DNA of 64,000 nucleotides from a virus, in the IMG/VR virus record IMGVR_UViG_3300030085_002231, positions 27,450 to 91,449 of that record; one strand, given 5' to 3'. Below, in pieces: positions 57,136 to 64,000 of the stretch (its first letter is position 1; each line of letters opens with the position of its first letter). The position numbers and the translations under genes are program-made. The notes beneath the pieces are model-generated. The model was not told the origin of the DNA. It made no database searches and saw only the letters and a list, made by a program, of their open reading frames with translations.

Positions 57136-59334
57136 ATGCCACTAGGAAAAAAAGCAGATGCTGGTGATTACGTAAAAGATTTTTACAAATCGAAGGCACC
57201 GCAGTTTAAAGGTAAATCAAAAAACAAGCGTAGGCAAATGGCCATCGCTGCGTACCTAGACGCACGCGATGCAGGTAAAGCTAAAAAAGAAAGCACAGAT
57301 AACTTGATGGTTGTCTGTCCAAAATGTCGTGACACTGATGAAAGAGAAGGATGTACTTTTTGTGATGGTAAAGGACAAGTTCCTTTACAAGAAGCTATGA
57401 CATTTAGGGTAGAAGTTGATGGACTACCTGCAATGTATATTGATGGCAATTCACCAGGCCAAGTGAAGAATCACTTACGCAAATTAATCAAGCAACCTTC
57501 GATGATTAAAGGTGTAAGTCGTATGACAAAGCACGATGTAAAGAAAACATATCGTGCTAAAGCTCAGGGTAAAGATGTCGATGAAATGACTAAACAAAGT
57601 AAGATCCATCCTAATCTTAAGATTGCTGTAGGTAAATCTGCTCAATCTGCAAAAGATACTAAAGCTAGATCAGATAAAAGAAGAGCACAAAAAGCCGGTA
57701 CACCATTAGCAGCCGGTACATCTTGTGAATCTACTGTTAATGAACTTTCTCCCGATACAATGAAGAGATATAGAAAAGCAGCATCAAATAGTAATTTCCG
57801 TGCAGCACAAAGATATGCAAGAGTTGCAGGATCATCTGCTGGTAGAAAATATAAAAACAAAGAGATGGACAAACAAGATGATATAATGAGAAAGCGTAAA
57901 GCTGGAATATCTAAAGTAGATAAAAAAGTAGGTATGGGTGAAAGGTATGACTATCCGCACGGTACAGCAAAAGCATATAAGGCTGCAACACCGGGTCAAG
58001 AAAAAGGTGATGGTTACACTAAAGAAGCTGCACGTATACCACGTAAGAAAGGTCAGCCGGCTGATTCTAAGAAACACAGTGATCTATATACTGATGAAAA
58101 TCCTAAGGGTACGATTCACGGCTTAAAGTTTGCTACGGTTGCAGATGCAAAAGCTTCGGTGGCCAAGATTAAAAAGTCTAGTAGAAAACATGCACATAAA
58201 ATTCAAGCAGCGATAGCTATGGAACAGAGGGCGAGGGTTGCAGGTAAAACTGCTGAAGCTGCAGTATACAGAAAGTACATCAACGCCATGAAAAAGAAAA
58301 CAAAATCAATGCAAAATGAAAACACTGATAGACTCAATAGAGTTATCGATAGGCATGCAACTGCCATGAAAATTCATAAAGCGCAATTCAAAAAAACTGG
58401 CGATGCAAAACATATGAATGCTTTCCAAGATGCTAAGAAAAGACATGACCACGCCGTACAAAAACAGAGTCATGGTAAGATGCAAAATGAAGCTATCAAA
58501 TACACACATGTTGCAGTCGATAAAAAAGGTAAAGTTGCAGGAATGGCTAGTAAAGCATCTGATGCAAAAGACATGGCTCGAAGACACGGTGGAACACATC
58601 ATCAGTTAAAGAAACCCATGCATCCTAAAGTAGGTGACATGATGATTAATAGACCTTTTAATCCTGTATTGAAAGCTGCTGTCAAAGTTGACGAACTTAA
58701 ATACACAACCATGAACAAGTATATGAGTAAGGCTCAAAGAAGTAAAGATAGAGCTACTAACTCTGCAGTTGCAACTATACTAAGAAAAGGTGATCATTCT
58801 AAAGATTTACAGACTATGAAAAAGCGTGATAAAGGTATGAAGCTTGCAAAGAGTCGCGCTGTAGATAAGATACGCAAAGGGCAAACAGAAGCTAGTGCTA
58901 TGGATATGGTTAAAGCGAATAACGCTCAATCTAAAAAAGGTTATAAGACTGAAAAGATTTCAATACCAAAGATACGAAACATAATGTATAAAGGTGCAAA
59001 AGCTTTAGGTGATGTACAAGCTGTACGTAAAAAGAAGGTAGGTAAGCGTGTAGCGCGCCGGGTTGCAGGCAAATTTGCAAGTCGTGCATTGAGAAGGCTA
59101 ATTAGAAATGATGTACAAGAAGGCAAGGGTGGTAAACCAGAATCTTTTGAAAAGCAATTTAAGCGTAGAGTTGTAAAGACCACAAAGCCAGAACATAAAG
59201 AAAAAGGTTACAACTGGCGAATAAAAGGCAAGGATAGGCCAGAAATTTCTATTAAGTTGTATAAGTCTAAACCTGGCCAAGCAGAGTTTAACAAGCAACT
59301 AAGAAGAGTAGCGGGGCACGAGTTTGGTGGATAG
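57136..59334 (+). CDS. Large modular Lys-rich internal head polyprotein
   Basis: Basic modules separated by xxE sites; CPKC...CTFC zinc finger; KKHSDLYTDENP module. Confidence 0.65.
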   Translation: MPLGKKADAGDYVKDFYKSKAPQFKGKSKNKRRQMAIAAYLDARDAGKAKKESTDNLMVVCPKCRDTDEREGCTFCDGKGQVPLQEAMTFRVEVDGLPAMYIDGNSPGQVKNHLRKLIKQPSMIKGVSRMTKHDVKKTYRAKAQGKDVDEMTKQSKIHPNLKIAVGKSAQSAKDTKARSDKRRAQKAGTPLAAGTSCESTVNELSPDTMKRYRKAASNSNFRAAQRYARVAGSSAGRKYKNKEMDKQDDIMRKRKAGISKVDKKVGMGERYDYPHGTAKAYKAATPGQEKGDGYTKEAARIPRKKGQPADSKKHSDLYTDENPKGTIHGLKFATVADAKASVAKIKKSSRKHAHKIQAAIAMEQRARVAGKTAEAAVYRKYINAMKKKTKSMQNENTDRLNRVIDRHATAMKIHKAQFKKTGDAKHMNAFQDAKKRHDHAVQKQSHGKMQNEAIKYTHVAVDKKGKVAGMASKASDAKDMARRHGGTHHQLKKPMHPKVGDMMINRPFNPVLKAAVKVDELKYTTMNKYMSKAQRSKDRATNSAVATILRKGDHSKDLQTMKKRDKGMKLAKSRAVDKIRKGQTEASAMDMVKANNAQSKKGYKTEKISIPKIRNIMYKGAKALGDVQAVRKKKVGKRVARRVAGKFASRALRRLIRNDVQEGKGGKPESFEKQFKRRVVKTTKPEHKEKGYNWRIKGKDRPEISIKLYKSKPGQAEFNKQLRRVAGHEFGG

Positions 59335-59620
59335 ATTAAAAACATTTATCGAAAAAGAAACTGGTAAAGATTCAAAGGGTCATTTCCGCGCCACAGAAAA
59401 AGGCGCCGGTATGACACAGAAAGGTGTTGACGCTTATAACCGTAAAACCGGTGGTAATTTAAAAACAGCGGTGACTGGTAAAGTTAAACCTGGATCGAAG
59501 GCTGCAAAGAGACGCAAGTCATTCTGTGCACGTAGTGCAGGTCAAATGAAAATGTTTCCAAAGGCAGCCAAAGATCCAAATAGCAGATTGAGACAGGCGC
59601 GCAGAAGGTGGAAGTGTTGA
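59324..59620 (+). CDS. DUF6321-like small basic protein
   Basis: GGNLKTAV, RRKSFCARS.G, DPNSRL...RRWKC. Confidence 0.7.
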   Translation: MVDRLKTFIEKETGKDSKGHFRATEKGAGMTQKGVDAYNRKTGGNLKTAVTGKVKPGSKAAKRRKSFCARSAGQMKMFPKAAKDPNSRLRQARRRWKC

Positions 59621-59625
59621 AGTAA

Positions 59626-60084
59626 ATGGCACACAAATTAAGTGAAAATACCGAATTGTCTATGCCGATTCGGAATCTGATTGCGATGGTAGTAGGTGCA
59701 GCAATTGGAACATGGGCATACTTTGGTATCATAGAACGATTAAATACAATTGAAAACAAAATTATTATGTCTGAAGCTGATGTTGGTATGAACACTGAGT
59801 TTAGAATCAAATGGCCAAGAGGTGAGATGGGATCCTTGCCGGCAGATTCAGAGCAGTTTATGTTGATTGAACATTTAGCAGGCGAGTTAGATAAGTTAGC
59901 TGAGAATATTGAAACAGGTCAAGCACCGTATGATCAACAGCAGACACTGACTCTTGAATTTTATAAAGATAGAATTACACAACTCGAATCAGAGATAAAA
60001 GATATAAGAAAAGACATGATGAATATGGTACATGACATGAATGGTATTAAAAGAACTAACGGGAACGGGCACGAAGGACACTAA
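59626..60084 (+). CDS. Conserved hypothetical protein with N-terminal TM
   Basis: SENT..SMPIRNL, FRIKWPRGEMGSLPADSEQFMLIEH. Confidence 0.75.
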   Translation: MAHKLSENTELSMPIRNLIAMVVGAAIGTWAYFGIIERLNTIENKIIMSEADVGMNTEFRIKWPRGEMGSLPADSEQFMLIEHLAGELDKLAENIETGQAPYDQQQTLTLEFYKDRITQLESEIKDIRKDMMNMVHDMNGIKRTNGNGHEGH

Positions 60085-60085
60085 A

Positions 60086-60346
60086 ATGGTAGGTGAATTT
60101 TTTGTATTACTAATGTTCTTTGGAGAACCACTAAGTCTCAAAGAATATACTATAAGAGAAAGCGTAGGCGAGTGTCTAAGTGCAAAACGCACTATCGAGC
60201 GTACGCTACGCGGCGGTAGGTCAAAAGAATATGGTGGTTCAGTACGACTATCATGTAAAAAATTAAATGTAGAATATGATGATGGTTATAACATCATTCG
60301 ATTTGTAGACGATTTAGATAAGGTTTTAGGTAAACAGCATGGCTGA
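60086..60346 (+). CDS. Small hypothetical protein
   Basis: AAGGA RBS; CLSAKR.IER motif. Confidence 0.6.
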   Translation: MVGEFFVLLMFFGEPLSLKEYTIRESVGECLSAKRTIERTLRGGRSKEYGGSVRLSCKKLNVEYDDGYNIIRFVDDLDKVLGKQHG

Positions 60347-60617
60347 CACTACTGATCAAAGACTTGACAGGATAGAAGAGAAGCTCGACAAGTTAGCCGA
60401 GGCCATGATTGCACTTGCGCGAGCAGAAGAGAAGCTTGCTGCAATGCAAAGAAATCAAGAGAATAATCATGAACGTGTGAATAAGTTATCTGTTAAATTA
60501 GATGACATTGAAAAAAAGGTGGACACTAATCACCGTACAGTATGCCTTATAAATAAACTAGTATACGCTGCTCTGATCGCAGCGGTCGGAGCGTATGTGG
60601 CTCAACTATGGTTGTAG
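60339..60617 (+). CDS. Coiled-coil protein with C-terminal TM
   Basis: RLDRIEEKLDKLAEAMIALARAEEK. Confidence 0.7.
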   Translation: MADTTDQRLDRIEEKLDKLAEAMIALARAEEKLAAMQRNQENNHERVNKLSVKLDDIEKKVDTNHRTVCLINKLVYAALIAAVGAYVAQLWL

Positions 60618-60626
60618 GAGAAAAAG

Positions 60627-61631
60627 ATGTTTGGTAATAATCCATTCGATTTACGTGGTAGGGCCACACAAGAAACGGTCCAAGAAAACAAATACGTAAT
60701 ACCTGAAGAAATCCCAGCAAACGAACGTACTGCTTTTCACGGTGCGGCAGCTGCTGCGGCCAAGGCTGGTAAAAAATCATTTAACTTCGGTGGCAAATCA
60801 CACCCAGTGACAATGAAGAAAGACTTAGCTAAAAAGATTGCAGATCAAAAAGAATCCGTAGAAGTACAAGAAGAAATGGATCCTCGCGATCATGTAGGTA
60901 AAAGTAAAAAAAATCCAGACATGTTCTGTGTATTCGACAAAGACGGAAAAGAAGTCAAGCTCTTCAAAGACAAAAAAGATGCTGAAGAGTTTGCTATCAA
61001 AAATCATGATATGCTTATGGGACGTGAAAAATCAGAAGGTTATATGAAAGATCTTGCCACAAACAAAACAGAACCAAAGCCAAAGTCCGATGCTAAAGTT
61101 GCAGCTGACTTTAAGAAGCGTCGCAAGATGAATGGTAAAGATAAAGCTGAAGGTGGCGGTAAAGAAGGGGATGTTCAAATGAACCCTAAAATGGAAACAG
61201 GTAGTAAATCAGAGTCTCGTATTAGAGAAGCTTTGATGTCAGTACTTGAAAAGAAACAAGATGATCACTATAAGTCTGCAACTGAACCTGAGATGATGAA
61301 GGATAAGTTGAAAGGTAAAGGTGCACAAGATATGGCAGCCGGTGCTGAAAAAGAAATCAGCAAGGGCCCAGAGGCACACCTTGATGAACCAGAAATGTTA
61401 AAGAAAGATCGTGCTAAGATGACTTCAAATGTTAAGAAGTCTGCAATGCGCAAAAATGATAATCCGAAAGGTGATACTAGCGTTGTTCCTGGTGGAACTG
61501 CGATGAAAGACCCTGCTGCTATGAAGTCGGAATCATACGATAAAATGTCTGGAATACTATCGGCATATGCATCGATGTATAAAACTGAAGAAATAACTGA
61601 AGAAGTGGAAAAAGAAGAAGATGGCTCTTAA
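60627..61631 (+). CDS. Charged modular hypothetical (internal head-like) protein
   Basis: AGGAG RBS; AFHGAAAAAAKAGKKSFNFGGK.HPVT module; many xxE sites. Confidence 0.65.
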   Translation: MFGNNPFDLRGRATQETVQENKYVIPEEIPANERTAFHGAAAAAAKAGKKSFNFGGKSHPVTMKKDLAKKIADQKESVEVQEEMDPRDHVGKSKKNPDMFCVFDKDGKEVKLFKDKKDAEEFAIKNHDMLMGREKSEGYMKDLATNKTEPKPKSDAKVAADFKKRRKMNGKDKAEGGGKEGDVQMNPKMETGSKSESRIREALMSVLEKKQDDHYKSATEPEMMKDKLKGKGAQDMAAGAEKEISKGPEAHLDEPEMLKKDRAKMTSNVKKSAMRKNDNPKGDTSVVPGGTAMKDPAAMKSESYDKMSGILSAYASMYKTEEITEEVEKEEDGS

Positions 61632-61926
61632 AGGACCAAGAGGTGCAGTCCCCACACCGCGTGGATGGATGAATCCTAAGACAAATGAGATACTTTCTGT
61701 TCGTAAATTCACACAAGAAGAAATCGATGAGTGGTATGGTGTCGACACTAGCAACCCTGAGCCTACAGCTGAGATGTTAGTTGAAGCACCACGTAATAAT
61801 ACAAGTCTAGAAGAAATGTCTAAGACAGAACTCGAAGCACTTGGTATGGAACACGGTGTAGATCTTGACAGGCGTTATTCTAAAAAGAAACTTATTAATA
61901 CATTGAAGGTTCTTGGTGCTGATTAA
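61621..61926 (+). CDS. Hypothetical protein with Rho-N/HeH-like C-terminus
   Basis: MSKTELEALG.EHGVDLDRR.SKKKLI. Confidence 0.65.
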   Translation: MALKGPRGAVPTPRGWMNPKTNEILSVRKFTQEEIDEWYGVDTSNPEPTAEMLVEAPRNNTSLEEMSKTELEALGMEHGVDLDRRYSKKKLINTLKVLGAD

Positions 61927-61937
61927 TATATATTGTT

Positions 61938-62300
61938 ATGGATGCACAACTTACTGATGATACATTATTTTTGTATGCTGCTAAACATTATTACAACCCG
62001 CAGTTTTCTGATATTGAAGAATTTTTTGAAGATCTCAAAAGATTTAAATATATTAAAAGACTTGTGAATCGTTATCTTGACACAGATGAATTTCCTCATC
62101 GTTTGTTATTAAATCATATTATAGTTATCTTCAATGTCTTTGGAATTGAAGCATCACTGAAGATACTAGAATTGAGGTTAGATGAAAAACATTGGCCAGT
62201 GATTAAACCTATTTTATTATATCTAAGTTACATACGGAATGATCAATACACAGGAATCGAAATGGATCAAACAGTAGTAGAATTTTTGAGGACAATATAA
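61938..62300 (+). CDS. Conserved T4-like hypothetical protein
   Basis: YAAKHYYNP, EDLKRFKYIKRL, LLNHII...NVFG. Confidence 0.85.
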   Translation: MDAQLTDDTLFLYAAKHYYNPQFSDIEEFFEDLKRFKYIKRLVNRYLDTDEFPHRLLLNHIIVIFNVFGIEASLKILELRLDEKHWPVIKPILLYLSYIRNDQYTGIEMDQTVVEFLRTI

Positions 62301-62887
62301 TGGGTTTAGTTAAGAGAGCTGCAGATCTTACTTATACGTTTAGGTTTATACGTATGATAGTACTTGACTGGAGGGAATGGGATGCTTACAAGCTTGGCAT
62401 CATTGATGAAAAAGGTAAAAGACAAAAACAAGTCAAGCTCGACAATGACGAACGAAAGTCTGCATATACACCTTTCATCAGACTTTGTGCGAACATCAAG
62501 AGGTTGGTGGCTAATATTCCTGGCGGCAGTAGCAAGCTCGGTAGCTTTGCATCTGCTCTTTTTCTTATAAAAGAAAAGTATGAGCTTACCGATACTTGTT
62601 TAGAGAAGATACTAAGTAAGGCCGGTGTTGACAGACTAGATATGATGATTGAAAAAAACGAGTGGTTTATGCTAGAAGATGGTTCAGTATCGCCGGGTGT
62701 TTATAAGATTCGAGGTAATAAACTAATAAATAGATCATGTGAGGAAGCAGTTTGGGCTAAGGATAGTATTAGAATAGAAGAGGATTCATATCCAGTAGGT
62801 GAAGTTTTTGGTATATCAATATATGAAGCTTTACATATGAAAACAAATCAAAGGATTTACGTTTCAGTAAGCGAGATCTATAGGTAA
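62300..62887 (+). CDS. Conserved T4-like hypothetical protein
   Basis: YTFRFIR, AYKLGIIDEKG, AYTPFIRL..NIKR, ASALFLIKE. Confidence 0.8.
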   Translation: MGLVKRAADLTYTFRFIRMIVLDWREWDAYKLGIIDEKGKRQKQVKLDNDERKSAYTPFIRLCANIKRLVANIPGGSSKLGSFASALFLIKEKYELTDTCLEKILSKAGVDRLDMMIEKNEWFMLEDGSVSPGVYKIRGNKLINRSCEEAVWAKDSIRIEEDSYPVGEVFGISIYEALHMKTNQRIYVSVSEIYR

Positions 62888-62891
62888 TAAA

Positions 62892-63668
62892 ATGGCATTC
62901 ACTAGAAGAGTAAGAGACATTGCAACAATACTCGGGCGGACCGAGGCAGCAAATACTACTAATACTGCTTTAGGAACTGGCGGTGGAGGTGTCGACTCTG
63001 CAGGTGTTACACATCTCTTAGACTCAGCAGGAATACAGTCACCTATCTTAGCTTCAAAGCCAGGACTTTTAATTGAGCCTGGAGCGAATTTGTACCATTG
63101 GGGATCGTCACATCAAGATTCAGATGGCACTCTAAGCCCGCCATTCGTAAACGTAGCGCAGGTTAGAAAAGGTGGTATAGTACAAGTTGCGAGTAATTTA
63201 ACCGGCGGTGTTGCAGTTGAACGATTTAGAGAACGCCAACAATACATGTATCAGAACTGCTTTTATTTAGCTCCTTCTGCAAATACGGGTATTGATATTC
63301 TTAGATACACAGTGCTTGATCAAGCAGATGATGCAATACCAAGCAGCGCTGAAGTATATGGTAGAGTAAACTGGATATGTTGGGCTGGTGGTCATACAAA
63401 TGCAACTGGTAACGGATCAAAGCACGAAATAGGATGTATTGATTATAACGGTGCAAATCCTTCAAACGGCACTTCACACGCTCATACTGACGGCAATGCA
63501 CCTGATTTTTCTTGGAGTCACAGCAACTATGTTTCTACATTAAATGTACAAGGATCAGGCTCTAGTGCCAATGTTGGTTACTTCACCGTATATGTACAAA
63601 TATTGTTTACTCATGGCGCAGGTTCTCGCGGTTCAGCCATTTACTATAAGCTAGAGGAGTTAGTCTAA
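62892..63668 (+). CDS. Virion fiber/receptor-binding-like protein
   Basis: G/S/T/N-rich; N-terminal RDIATILGRTEA anchor shared with 63852. Confidence 0.55.
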   Translation: MAFTRRVRDIATILGRTEAANTTNTALGTGGGGVDSAGVTHLLDSAGIQSPILASKPGLLIEPGANLYHWGSSHQDSDGTLSPPFVNVAQVRKGGIVQVASNLTGGVAVERFRERQQYMYQNCFYLAPSANTGIDILRYTVLDQADDAIPSSAEVYGRVNWICWAGGHTNATGNGSKHEIGCIDYNGANPSNGTSHAHTDGNAPDFSWSHSNYVSTLNVQGSGSSANVGYFTVYVQILFTHGAGSRGSAIYYKLEELV

Positions 63669-63850
63669 TGTCTGATTACACTTTTGGCAACGACTCCGCA
63701 GAACAAAATCAAATTATAGTTACAAAAAGACAAGCTGCTTATAAGAAAGAGTTAGGTAGTTGGGAGAGTCAACTACATATGATATACGATGACGAGGCGA
63801 ACTGGCGGGCCAAGGTAGCAGAAATAAAAGCAAAGTTTCCGAAGGTGTAA
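63668..63850 (+). CDS. Tail fiber assembly chaperone-like protein
   Basis: R..AY.....QL.MIYDD...W....AEIKAKFPK. Confidence 0.6.
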   Translation: MSDYTFGNDSAEQNQIIVTKRQAAYKKELGSWESQLHMIYDDEANWRAKVAEIKAKFPKV

Positions 63851-63851
63851 A

Positions 63852-64000
63852 ATGAGTAGGTCAAGAGACATATCAAAAATACTAGGCTTAACAGAAGCTG
63901 ACAATACTACTAATCAATCTTTAGGCGCTGGAGGTGGTGGAACTGCTGACACAGCCGGTAGTATCTTTGACAAGATTGTCAGAGAACACAGCCACACTTT
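63852..64000 (+). CDS. Virion fiber-like protein (3' truncated)
   Basis: MSRSRDISKILGLTEADNTTNQSLGAGGGG parallels the 62892 N-terminus. Confidence 0.6.
   Translation, partial: MSRSRDISKILGLTEADNTTNQSLGAGGGGTADTAGSIFDKIVREHSHT

Noticed and set aside
1-64000. CRISPR array, DGR/retron reverse transcriptase, integrase or transposase
   Set aside because: No regularly spaced repeats and no RT, recombinase or transposase motifs seen by eye; short or degenerate arrays could be missed.

Overview
This window is part of a T4-like myovirus genome, almost entirely coded on the + strand. Order: head/tail module (gp18-gp23, gp3); uvsY/uvsW/gp55/gp47/gp46/gp45/gp44/gp62/regA/hsp20/gp43; a nucleotide/DNA-modification cluster (dCMP hydroxymethylase, alpha-glucosyltransferase homolog, UDP-glucose dehydrogenase, UDP-glucuronate epimerase, atypical C5-methylase, AEP-type primase); uvsX/gp41/thyX; a two-piece (circularly permuted) alphaproteobacterial-type tmRNA; an AT-rich island of adenylation, GNAT, methyltransferase and TctA/TctC genes; early small genes; and a late block of proteins carrying T4-type capsid-targeting N-termini. 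The tmRNA type, a ROSE-like element and the ProX/TctC/IscA genes point to a (probably marine) alphaproteobacterial host, which is an inference. The best candidate novel systems are (1) uronic-acid hypermodification of hmC-DNA, (2) a head-packaged nuclease/ligase/nucleotidyltransferase set, (3) a phage tmRNA with an extended 31-aa tag, and (4) a duplicated acyl-adenylation/GNAT cluster coupled to a tripartite tricarboxylate transporter. The major capsid gene is broken by an apparent microhomology deletion at about 6204-6210, probably an assembly artefact. All calls come from motif recognition by eye; no database searches were run.
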